From positions 1 through 36,907 of the IMG/VR virus record IMGVR_UViG_3300025451_000030: a DNA stretch of 36,907 nucleotides, one strand, 5' to 3'. The notes beneath the pieces were generated by a model. The model saw only the letters and a list, made by a program, of their open reading frames with translations. It was not told the origin of the DNA and did no database searches. The position numbers were made by a program, and so were the translations under genes. This DNA comes from a virus. Lineage: Duplodnaviria > Caudoviricetes. Shown here piece after piece: positions 13,767 to 22,363 of the stretch. Numbering within the stretch: position 1 is the first letter of the stretch; every line of letters begins with the position of its first letter.

Positions 13767-13797
13767 CAACACCTTGCAGCGGCACCACCCTGCCCGC

Positions 13798-14070
13798 TCA
13801 TTCAGGCTCGGCCTGCAGCCCTGCTGGCACGCCGTGCCGCCACCTGGCTGCAGACAGGGTCAACCACACCAGCACCGCAAGCACCAGCACCGTCTTGCCA
13901 GCCATCGCCGGCAGCACCAGGCTGAAGCTGAGCCCCGCGAACATCACCAGGTGCTGCATGCGCACTGGCGCCGGCGTGGCCCGCGTCATCTTGGCAGCGC
14001 GGCAAATGATGGAGAACATGGCCATGATGGTGGCCACAGCCTGGGTGATCAACAACAGGTCAGCATTCAT
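13798..14070 (-). CDS. Membrane protein, putative holin-associated
   Basis: 3 hydrophobic segments; ATGA overlap with the upstream holin-like gene. Confidence 0.65.
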   Translation of the reverse strand: MNADLLLITQAVATIMAMFSIICRAAKMTRATPAPVRMQHLVMFAGLSFSLVLPAMAGKTVLVLAVLVWLTLSAARWRHGVPAGLQAEPE

Positions 14071-14480
14071 TGATCAACCCCAAGGCGACAGGTGATGAAT
14101 TTCTTGGCCAGGCCGCCGGCCCAGGCTGCAACGCCCGGCCAGTCGTGCCCGATGTACGCAATGCCGCCACTGATGGGCACCAGCAGGTAGCGCGGGTCGA
14201 TCTGCAGGCCGGCCTGGTCGAATGCGTCCGAGGCAAGCGCAGCCAGCGCACCGGTGAGCAGCACCGACAGCATGGTCAGCAGCAAGATGAAGCCAAGCGC
14301 CTGCATGCGGGTGCTGCCCTCTCGGCGCATCTCGGCGCCGACGGCGCCCACTAGGGCCGATGCGATGATCACCGCATAGGGGCCGGCGTAGCGTGCCACC
14401 TCGTCACCAGCCAGCGCACCAATGGCGACAACTGCAACGGTCACCACGTCGAGCTGGATCTGTTCTGCTGGTGGCGTCAT
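14067..14480 (-). CDS. Putative holin
   Basis: 3-4 TM segments (YAVIIASALVGA...); end of the late operon. Confidence 0.6.
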   Translation of the reverse strand: MTPPAEQIQLDVVTVAVVAIGALAGDEVARYAGPYAVIIASALVGAVGAEMRREGSTRMQALGFILLLTMLSVLLTGALAALASDAFDQAGLQIDPRYLLVPISGGIAYIGHDWPGVAAWAGGLAKKFITCRLGVDQ

Positions 14481-14947
14481 TTCGTCCCTTTGACCATGGC
14501 TTGCCGATACACCACCAGGGCGGCCAGGGCGCCCAAGCTGAGCCCGATCAGCCCCATGGGCAAACCGAATCGATCACTGCACCGGCTGCCGGTGTCCACC
14601 GGCCACGGCTCCAGCATCCACAGCAGGCCGCAGCCCACCACCTGGGCATCCTCGAAGCACCACCAGAGCGACGCCGCAGTGACGGCCCAGCTGCGGTATG
14701 CCAGGGCCACCAGCGCCAGCAGTACCAGCCGGCCCAGGGCACTGCCCATGTTCCATGCTTCGGCCTGCAGCGCCTCTGGTACGTGCCCCCAGGCGTAGAA
14801 GACCACCCAGCAGCACAGCAACATCAGCGCGGCCGGCACATGGTGCGGCTGCCGCTCCCACCGATCCAGCAGATCGAGCAGCTGAGCCCAGGCGGTGCGC
14901 GGCGTGATGGGGCGCAGCCAAGCCATGGCAGCGCGGGCCGCTCGCAT
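14477..14947 (-). CDS. Multi-TM membrane protein
   Basis: Hydrophobic; TGATG and ATGA coupling; start reassigned to 14947. Confidence 0.6.
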   Translation of the reverse strand: MRAARAAMAWLRPITPRTAWAQLLDLLDRWERQPHHVPAALMLLCCWVVFYAWGHVPEALQAEAWNMGSALGRLVLLALVALAYRSWAVTAASLWWCFEDAQVVGCGLLWMLEPWPVDTGSRCSDRFGLPMGLIGLSLGALAALVVYRQAMVKGTK

Positions 14948-15105
14948 CACTTGGGCACCACCGGCTTGGTGGGGCCGCCGCCGCCGCGCTGGGCTTGCTG
15001 GTCTGGGTCGTCCTTGTCCCGCATCCTCATACTGCGCAAACCTCTGATGCAAATGGCCACGACAACGGCTGCAACAAGAATGCAGCGGCCATAAATTAGA
15101 TACAT
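14947..15105 (-). CDS. 52-aa single-TM protein (not in ORF track)
   Basis: AAGGAG RBS; MYLIYGRCILVAAVVVAICIR...GGGGPTKPVVPK*. Confidence 0.55.
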   Translation of the reverse strand: MYLIYGRCILVAAVVVAICIRGLRSMRMRDKDDPDQQAQRGGGGPTKPVVPK

Positions 15106-15177
15106 GCTTGCTCCTTAAACTTGGGCCGTCATCTTGAGGGTGGACTTGAAATGTCGCCTGCCGGGCAACAATGGCGC

Positions 15178-15882
15178 ATGAAAGCTATCAACCTGCCCGG
15201 AGTCCTTGTCGCCGCCATCATGACCGCTTGCGGTGGTGGTGGTGGTGGAGACCTGCAAAACACGCAGGCTGCGGCTTGCGTCCCAAAAATGCCGGTGCGG
15301 CTGTTGATGTTTGGGGATTCGACGTTCAGCGGCACCGGAGCATCCCAGGATTTGAACGGAAACCTGACATACGCTCCAGCGCCAATCATCCAGCGTGCAA
15401 TGGACCTGCAGTTCGGAGCTGGCGCTGTGCAGGTGCTCAATTACTCGGTGATGGGCAGCTCCAGCGCTGATTTGGTGGCGGGTATCGATGGCGTCAATGC
15501 ACCGTGGCCCACGCCGGCGTTGGGTGGAGACATCGCCATCATCAACCATGGGATCAACGACCAGTTGCGCCAAACGCCCATTGCGGCATACCGGGCGAAC
15601 CTTGCGGCCTTTACCGCAGTAGGCATTCCCGTGGTGCTGCAGACGCCAAACCCCACGTTTCGCGGCTGGGAAAGCGTCGCCCACATTCAGGCTGTGCGGG
15701 ACACCGCGGCAGCTGCTGGCCGCACGCTGGCCGACGTGCACGGGTACATGAGTGGTCTCGCCAACGCTGCGCAATACTTCCCCGACGGAGTGCACCCGAA
15801 CGACGCCGGGTATCAGCTGATCGTCAACAACGTGACGCTGCCGGCCTTGGTGCCCCTGGTCGCTAAGCTGCGCTGCCAGTGA
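15178..15882 (+). CDS. SGNH/GDSL hydrolase lipoprotein (antisense moron)
   Basis: Lipobox MTA-C followed by poly-G; blocks FGDS, G, GIND and DGVHP. Confidence 0.88.
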   Translation: MKAINLPGVLVAAIMTACGGGGGGDLQNTQAAACVPKMPVRLLMFGDSTFSGTGASQDLNGNLTYAPAPIIQRAMDLQFGAGAVQVLNYSVMGSSSADLVAGIDGVNAPWPTPALGGDIAIINHGINDQLRQTPIAAYRANLAAFTAVGIPVVLQTPNPTFRGWESVAHIQAVRDTAAAAGRTLADVHGYMSGLANAAQYFPDGVHPNDAGYQLIVNNVTLPALVPLVAKLRCQ

Positions 15883-15884
15883 AT

Positions 15885-17306
15885 TCATGAGCCGTACAGC
15901 ACCAAGCTGAATCCGCTGTCGGCCGCGACACCCGACGAGTTGAACAACTGGATTCGCACCTGGGTTGTACTCACCCGCAAAACGCGCACCTCGCTTGCGC
16001 TGTGCGATCCAGCAACCGCCCGTATACGGCCGGCAGTCGAGGCAATAGGGTGCGACGCGGTGAGAGAAACATCCCCAGTGCCGTTGCGTGACAAGACAAG
16101 ACCAGGGTCGCTGCTGTCGGAGATCGACCCCGACCCGGTGGTGTCCCCGCACATTGATAGCCTGGGCGATGTCTTGCCGCCGCGAAACTCGGTTTCCGTG
16201 ACGATCTTGTCGCCCGCTGCGCCACCGCTGACCTGGTTGTCGTAGAAAGTGACTGAGCCGTCCGCCGGCAGGGAGTTTGAAACGGCGGTTGTGTCAAACA
16301 GCACATATGATGAGCCAGACTTTGTAATACCGCTGTTTATCACCTTCAGGCCACGGGTGGCACCAGTGGATATTTGCCATATTGCGCTGCAGGTGTTGTT
16401 GTAAATGGCAATACCGTCGAACACCACTGGCGTAGTACAAGCGCCAATCACAATAAGCCGGTTCGTCGCTGCGCACCCCTCAATCCAGTTCGCCCCGATG
16501 AACTTGAGTAGCTGAATATTGACGGCCGACAGAACTACACCGCCCTGCTCAAAGTCGTTGCTGTCAAACAGCCAGGCTGCCCCCCCACTCAAATCAATGC
16601 CGGCTTGGGTAAGAGACCCACAGCGCTGGAAAATGCAGTTCCTTACAGTGTTGAGATTGGTGTAATTTGCGGTCGACGGCGCAAAATGTGAGCGAATTGC
16701 GACGAAAGTGCTAGCACCGGCTGCAGGCGGCGTACCGACTCCGTAATACCCAAATGTGCTTTTTTCGATGGTTGCAAAAATAAGATCGGCATTAACACCA
16801 TATGCCATGTCGTAGTCAAAATCGCAATACGTGATGTGCGGCCTGATCAGATACCCTTCCAACGCGCCGCCGCCAGCACCGACAGCTACCCCTGTGCAGC
16901 CTGCCCCCATGAACCGGATGTTCTGCACAACCGGGTCAAAATTTGTCGGAGGAAACTCAAAAATTGTGATTGCGGAAGTGCCATTGATTTTGGCACCCCG
17001 CCGACTCAACCCATAAATCTGCGAGTCAGTACGCATCACCAGCTTGGTGCCAGTGTTAAACAGACCATCAGGAAAAATTAACACTGGCTCGGCGGTGATT
17101 GCCGCCTGCAAACTGCTGTAGAGGTTGGTGGTTGATGTACCGGCAACGATGGCCGCCCACTCGGCCGGCGCGATGTATCGCAGAACATTGACGCCGCTGG
17201 CACGGGTCAAATAGTTGACCTGCTGCACGGCCTCAAAAATCTGAGAACGCGCCACACGCGGAGAATCCGTCCCGGCATCAAGATTTGCTGTAGAAATGTC
17301 TGCCAT
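15885..17306 (-). CDS. Tail spike/fibre with probable right-handed beta-helix (pectate-lyase-like) domain
   Basis: VNVLRY...LQAAI..LIFPDG entry motif; beta-rich repeats; RNGTGDV C-terminal domain; low GC; follows the tail tip gene. Confidence 0.75.
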   Translation of the reverse strand: MADISTANLDAGTDSPRVARSQIFEAVQQVNYLTRASGVNVLRYIAPAEWAAIVAGTSTTNLYSSLQAAITAEPVLIFPDGLFNTGTKLVMRTDSQIYGLSRRGAKINGTSAITIFEFPPTNFDPVVQNIRFMGAGCTGVAVGAGGGALEGYLIRPHITYCDFDYDMAYGVNADLIFATIEKSTFGYYGVGTPPAAGASTFVAIRSHFAPSTANYTNLNTVRNCIFQRCGSLTQAGIDLSGGAAWLFDSNDFEQGGVVLSAVNIQLLKFIGANWIEGCAATNRLIVIGACTTPVVFDGIAIYNNTCSAIWQISTGATRGLKVINSGITKSGSSYVLFDTTAVSNSLPADGSVTFYDNQVSGGAAGDKIVTETEFRGGKTSPRLSMCGDTTGSGSISDSSDPGLVLSRNGTGDVSLTASHPIASTAGRIRAVAGSHSASEVRVLRVSTTQVRIQLFNSSGVAADSGFSLVLYGS

Positions 17307-17309
17307 ACA

Positions 17310-20192
17310 TCACCCGTAAATTGTGGCGAACGCTCTGAATATAGCCGGATCAGCGCCGGCAACTGTCCAGCGCACTTTTATAAACTGAGCGCTAAACGCG
17401 CCGCTTGGAATAGTCGACCAACTTGTGTAGGTTATTCCGTCTGTGCTGCTGCTGTACTCGGCAGTGGCTGTTCCGTTTACAACCTGACTTGCGCGCAACC
17501 GGATAGATTGAACGCTGCCAATGTCAATTACTGAGTGCTCATAAACGATTGGAGATGCGGGAGTTCCGGCCCACGTCAACCATGCGTCCCACGTCAAAGG
17601 AATAGTATCCCAATCCTCAACACCAACGTTATCAAGATAGTATTCTTGAATGTAGCAGTCTGTTTTTGTTCCTGGCCATCCAATAGGCCCGCAATCGACC
17701 ATTGAAATGAGTGTTGAAAACCCTGCCTGGTCAAATAGTGCCGTCAAGTAGCGCGGTAAAACTGATTCATTTCCAGTTGAATCAATTGCTTTGATTGCAA
17801 GCGTCCATTCACCGTCTCCTGGCATTTGCAGCATTGCGCTACGGGCCACGCGCGGCGCTTCAAACAGTGGCGTCATGGCTGCCCAAGCGGTTGATCCTGC
17901 TATATCCACATAGCGAGCCACGAAGCCCGCCAAATCAACAGGTGCGGCTGGGTAATCCCAAAAATACGAGCGGCCCAGGCGAGGGTTTTCGACCACTGTG
18001 AAGCGGGCCACATCCGGCGGCGGCTCCGTCTTTCCAATCACGATGTGCGTGACAGTATCAGACTGCCCGCGGAAGCCGCCGTCATTCACCGCCCAGGCCT
18101 CGATCACCAGACGGTCGCGGTCTTGCACGCCCAGCAGGTATACGCCCGAGTCCGCGGCGTCGGCCTGCACCTCGTGCCAGTCGACATCAGGGCCCACGCG
18201 GCGCCAGCGCACCACCACACGACCCAGGCCGTCTTTCAGGTAGGCGCCGGTCAGCGGCGCCCACGACACCCACACGCGCGTGGTGATGGTGCCGTCGCTG
18301 GCGCGGATCAGGTGGTCAGTGCCGCTCTGCGGGGTGGCCAGCTGCAGCTGCTCCACCAGCCACGGCGGCGGCAAGTTGGTGTTGGGCGTGGGGTCTGCCG
18401 TCACCGCATCGACCAGGTCGTATGCGTCTTCAGCATCTTCCTGCAGCGCCAGGGTCACAGGCGCCGTCAGGCCGAACTGCCAGTCGGTCACGCGGTAGGC
18501 CTTGGGCGTGGTGATGCCGTACTCGGTACTGGTGACGGTGACGCGGTCGCCAATCTGCAGCGGCCAGGCGCGCAGCTTGGCCGGGTACTGGATGACCTGG
18601 CTGTTGCGTGCCCGCTCCACCAGCACCCGGGCGATGTTGGTGCAGTGGTGCTTGCCGTTGGTGAACGGCAGGGCCACGTCGCGCCACAGCGGCTCACCGT
18701 CGGCCGTCACGAACGTGCTGTTCTGGTAGGGCTCAAAATCCGTCGGGCTGGCGCTGTCGGGGCCGATGTAGGTGCCGCGCACGCCGTTGAACAGCTCGTC
18801 GATGCCGGCGCCGGCCTGGATCACCTCGATCTGGCCGTCCAGGTCATCGTCGGTCAGGGCCATCACCGGCGCTGTCCACGCACCGGCCAGAATCTGCCAC
18901 TGGGCGCCGTAGATCGCAAAGCCGGCCATGCTGTCGGCCAGCGTGTCCAGCACGGTTTCGCGGCCATCTTCGGTGGTGGCCACGCCGTTGCAGCGGTAGG
19001 TGCGGTCGCTGGCGGTCACGCCACCGATGTCGGTGGTGATGGTCACGTCGCAGGCATTGGCCGCCGCGATGGTGAAGGCGTCCAGGATGTCGGCGTTGTC
19101 GTGCGCCATGCCGTACTCGCCCACGATCCAGTCACGGATGCACAAGGCGGGGTTGTCGATCCATTCCCAGGTGCTGGGCGTGGCGTAGCGGTGGCTGCCG
19201 CTGCCGCCGTTGGTGCTGTCCTTGCGCGGGTCATACAACTTCTTGCCCCGCACGCGGCAGGTCAGCGCCGGCGGCCCGCCCTGGAAGCGCTGGTCCTCCA
19301 GGTCCAGCGTCACCACCAGGTACGCGCAGCCGCGCAGGCGGTGGCTGGCGTCCCACTCGGTTGGCACCACGCTGGTCAGGTAGGCATCCACGGTCTGGCT
19401 GTCGCTGCCCAGGTGCTTCTGCACCCTGATCACGGCAGGGCTGACGCTGGTCTTGTAGACCACCGTCACCGGCGCATCGCCCAGGCTGTCAGTCACCGTC
19501 AACGTGAGCCCGCCACCGCTGATGGCCACGGTGCGGTCCTGATCGTAGGTGTTGTAGTTGTCGCCCGGCGACACCGCGCTGACGATGGCCGTGGCCGCAG
19601 CAGTCAGCGTGGTGCTGCCGCTGAATGTCACGGTCACCAGCTTTTCAGCGGTGCCTGTGGTCCAGTCGCTGCCAGTGGCGTAGCCGCTGCCATCCAACGC
19701 GCCCAGCGGCACGCCGTCGATGAACAGGTCACCCAGCGCATCAACCTCGTGCGACGCCATCAGGATGACCATGTGCTTCAGTCCGTCGGGCTTGATGCTG
19801 TCGGCACCCCAGGTGCCCACCGTGGTCTTGTCGCTGGTGAAGATGGCTACCACGCTGCCGCCGGTGATGCACTCACCGTAGACGATGCGCCAGGGCGGCG
19901 TGGCCTGCAGCAGCGACACGCTGCGGTCAGCCACGCTGGCGTTGTACCGGCGGGTGGCGTCGCGCTGGGCGGCCTTGGCACGGCGCCGGGCGTCGATGCC
20001 GCCATAGATCTGCAGGCCCAGCAGGGCGTAGCCGCCGTAGGTCGTCACCAGGCCCAGGATGGTGCTGGCAGCGGCAGCGCCCACCGTGCTGGTGAGGAAC
20101 GTGGCGGCCAGGGTCAGCGGGTCAGCCTGCGCGGCGGCGGGCATGCCCAGCAGGGCGCAGGCGGCGGCCAGTTTGGTCAGCATGGGTCGCAT
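17310..20192 (-). CDS. Tail tip / host-specificity protein (lambda J-like)
   Basis: IVYGE, HRLRGCAY, VRGKKLYDPR, WIDNPALCIRD, YRCNG motifs; FN3-like C-terminus. Confidence 0.88.
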   Translation of the reverse strand: MRPMLTKLAAACALLGMPAAAQADPLTLAATFLTSTVGAAAASTILGLVTTYGGYALLGLQIYGGIDARRRAKAAQRDATRRYNASVADRSVSLLQATPPWRIVYGECITGGSVVAIFTSDKTTVGTWGADSIKPDGLKHMVILMASHEVDALGDLFIDGVPLGALDGSGYATGSDWTTGTAEKLVTVTFSGSTTLTAAATAIVSAVSPGDNYNTYDQDRTVAISGGGLTLTVTDSLGDAPVTVVYKTSVSPAVIRVQKHLGSDSQTVDAYLTSVVPTEWDASHRLRGCAYLVVTLDLEDQRFQGGPPALTCRVRGKKLYDPRKDSTNGGSGSHRYATPSTWEWIDNPALCIRDWIVGEYGMAHDNADILDAFTIAAANACDVTITTDIGGVTASDRTYRCNGVATTEDGRETVLDTLADSMAGFAIYGAQWQILAGAWTAPVMALTDDDLDGQIEVIQAGAGIDELFNGVRGTYIGPDSASPTDFEPYQNSTFVTADGEPLWRDVALPFTNGKHHCTNIARVLVERARNSQVIQYPAKLRAWPLQIGDRVTVTSTEYGITTPKAYRVTDWQFGLTAPVTLALQEDAEDAYDLVDAVTADPTPNTNLPPPWLVEQLQLATPQSGTDHLIRASDGTITTRVWVSWAPLTGAYLKDGLGRVVVRWRRVGPDVDWHEVQADAADSGVYLLGVQDRDRLVIEAWAVNDGGFRGQSDTVTHIVIGKTEPPPDVARFTVVENPRLGRSYFWDYPAAPVDLAGFVARYVDIAGSTAWAAMTPLFEAPRVARSAMLQMPGDGEWTLAIKAIDSTGNESVLPRYLTALFDQAGFSTLISMVDCGPIGWPGTKTDCYIQEYYLDNVGVEDWDTIPLTWDAWLTWAGTPASPIVYEHSVIDIGSVQSIRLRASQVVNGTATAEYSSSTDGITYTSWSTIPSGAFSAQFIKVRWTVAGADPAIFRAFATIYG

Positions 20193-20596
20193 GGGGCCGC
20201 CTTGATGTGCCAGGCTGCGGCGGCCTGTGCCATGCCGATGTGGGCCACGCCGGCTGCAGTGAGCACGGCGGCCGTGCGGCCGACGCAGATGCCCAGCGTC
20301 TGGCCGCCGTCACGCTCGATCAGCACCACGTCACCGGGGCGGGCCACAGCGGCGGGCACGGGGTCACGCGCCAGGGCGGCTGTCACGGCTGCGCGCAGGC
20401 TGCCACCCAGTCGGCACAGCACGCGCCGCGAGTGGGCCAGGTTACGCACTGCGGGCGCAGGCAGCGGGCGGTGTTCAACCGCCTGCACCCAGCCGGCGGC
20501 AAACTGCGCGCAGTTGCGGGCCTGCCAGTCAAACGGCGGACTGGCGGCCAGGTAGGCGCTGAGGGCGGATGCGATGGACTGGTGCGCCATGGTCAT
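20177..20596 (-). CDS. Tail assembly protein, NlpC/P60-like (DUF6950-type)
   Basis: PFDWQARNCAQFAA...ARPGDVV...LGICVG. Confidence 0.75.
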   Translation of the reverse strand: MTMAHQSIASALSAYLAASPPFDWQARNCAQFAAGWVQAVEHRPLPAPAVRNLAHSRRVLCRLGGSLRAAVTAALARDPVPAAVARPGDVVLIERDGGQTLGICVGRTAAVLTAAGVAHIGMAQAAAAWHIKAAPCDPC

Positions 20597-21192
20597 CACC
20601 GCTGCTGGAAGCGCTTGGTCAGCCACACGGCGGGCTTCTCGATCAGCGTCTGGATGTACTCGAACCCGTTGTCACCGGGGTAGCGCACCACGTGCTGGGC
20701 GTGCGTGTGGCGTAGCCCCGTGCCGGCGCGCGACCGGTTGGCACCGGCGCGGCTGCACAGCATCTGGATGCTGCCCGAGCTGCTGCCCTCTTTGCTGGTG
20801 GTGCGCTGCACCCGCACCTTGTTCATGTAGCCGGCCCACCGCGCCACGGGGGCGCCCACGGGCTCGAAGTTTTCGCCGATCAGCTGCAGCCACAACCTGG
20901 CCGGCCGGTTGCGGTAGTTCTCCACGTTGCCGATGACAGACGCCAGCATGGCCGTGCTGACCAGCGCCAGCCCCAGCGTGATGTCGCCGGGGGCGCCGTC
21001 TTCAGACTCACGCACGCCGTCCACCCCCACCAGTGAGCCGTAGCCCGCCCAGGTGTAGCCGCCTGACGTGATGTCCACCGCGTTGGTGGTGTAGCGCACC
21101 ATGCCGCTGGCAAAGTCAAGCGCCACCAGCCACTGCACGCCACGCACGGCGGCATTGATCTGGGTCTGGGCGGCGGTGTCCAGGATCAGCAT
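20596..21192 (-). CDS. Minor tail (hub, gpL-like) protein
   Basis: Position; YTWAGYG and YPGDNGFEY motifs. Confidence 0.75.
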   Translation of the reverse strand: MLILDTAAQTQINAAVRGVQWLVALDFASGMVRYTTNAVDITSGGYTWAGYGSLVGVDGVRESEDGAPGDITLGLALVSTAMLASVIGNVENYRNRPARLWLQLIGENFEPVGAPVARWAGYMNKVRVQRTTSKEGSSSGSIQMLCSRAGANRSRAGTGLRHTHAQHVVRYPGDNGFEYIQTLIEKPAVWLTKRFQQR

Positions 21193-21195
21193 GGC

Positions 21196-22362
21196 TCAGG
21201 CCCGCCAGTCTTCGAGCAGGTCGAAGGCGAAGCCACCCACATCACTGCTACCCGGCACGCCCTGCCAGGCCTGGCTGTCGCCGGTGAGCTTGTAGTGCGC
21301 CACGGGCTTGTCCCAGGTGACGGCCGCGCCGCTGCTGATGGCCTGGCGCAGGGGCGGCTCGATGCTGACCACCAGCTGCCCCGCGTCGTTTTCGGCGATG
21401 GCATCGGCCGTCACCATGCAGTAGTGGCTGCCCACGCCGGTGCCGATTTGCAGCATGTCACCAGCCAGCAGGGTGGCGGGCGTGTAGCTGCTGGCGCTGG
21501 CTGCCGGCCACACGTTGCAGCCCCACACCACGGCGCTGCCGGTGGTCGTCAGATCCTGCGTGGACACTCCATAGGGCGCCCAGGCCGGGAACAGGTAGAA
21601 GTGCGCCGACGTGTGCCCGGTGGCGTTGTTGGCCAGCGTGGCCTTGAACAGCCAGTAGGCCCCGGCGTCGGTGACGGTGCCAGACCCGAAGAGGACCGCC
21701 CCGGTGTCGGTGTTCAGCCGCACATAACTGCTGGCCGGCGTGCCGCCGCCCTGGAACTCCAGCACCATCACAAACGTGGGCGCGGTGCCGCCAGTGGTCT
21801 TCAGCACGTGGCAGCTGAACTGGTACAGCGTGGTGTCGTCGGGCACGCTGATGGTCTGCCGGTCATACCGCGCGGCCACGGCGCTGGCATCGGTCAGCGT
21901 GTCAGCCGTGGTGGTGCCATCGGGCGCCGCATGCGTGTTGGCGGTGACTGTGGCGCCAGACAACGTCCATGCCGCAGCACCCAGCGCCGACCCAGCCAAC
22001 AACAGGTTGTTGGACGCCCTGGCGCCGCTGATGTTGACTGCGGTGGCGCCGGCTGCCGCCGTGCTGGCCAGCGTCATCGACCCGCGGGCGGTGCCGCGCG
22101 GCGCGGGGCTGGTGATGTCCCACATGGCCAGGTGGTTGATGCGCCCGCGCAGGCCCAGGGCGGCGCCTTTCCAGCGGGCAGCATCAGCGGCCACCAGCGC
22201 TGGCACGCTGCCCATGCGCAGGCGCCAGCGCGGCGGGGCACCCAGGCGGGTGGCGCTGTGGCCGTTGCCGTCGCTTTGCTCGGTGATGTCGAAGCGCTGC
22301 TGGCCCAGCTGCCAGGCCGCAATCTGCAGGGCCATCTGGTCAGTCAGGGTGATCACCGCCAT
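21196..22362 (-). CDS. Distal tail protein with inserted carbohydrate-binding-like domain
   Basis: Dit-like halves (LRGRIN...; LLAGDMLQIG...IEPPLR) interrupted by an NLL...W...APDGTTTADTL jelly-roll insert. Confidence 0.7.
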   Translation of the reverse strand: MAVITLTDQMALQIAAWQLGQQRFDITEQSDGNGHSATRLGAPPRWRLRMGSVPALVAADAARWKGAALGLRGRINHLAMWDITSPAPRGTARGSMTLASTAAAGATAVNISGARASNNLLLAGSALGAAAWTLSGATVTANTHAAPDGTTTADTLTDASAVAARYDRQTISVPDDTTLYQFSCHVLKTTGGTAPTFVMVLEFQGGGTPASSYVRLNTDTGAVLFGSGTVTDAGAYWLFKATLANNATGHTSAHFYLFPAWAPYGVSTQDLTTTGSAVVWGCNVWPAASASSYTPATLLAGDMLQIGTGVGSHYCMVTADAIAENDAGQLVVSIEPPLRQAISSGAAVTWDKPVAHYKLTGDSQAWQGVPGSSDVGGFAFDLLEDWRA

Positions 22363-22363
22363 G

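Larger units (their letters stand above)
11289..13770 (-). mobile_element. Integron-like cassette array 2: 8 attC-like sites; right boundary uncertain
   Basis: Same site architecture and site families as array 1; one short ORF per unit. Confidence 0.85.
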
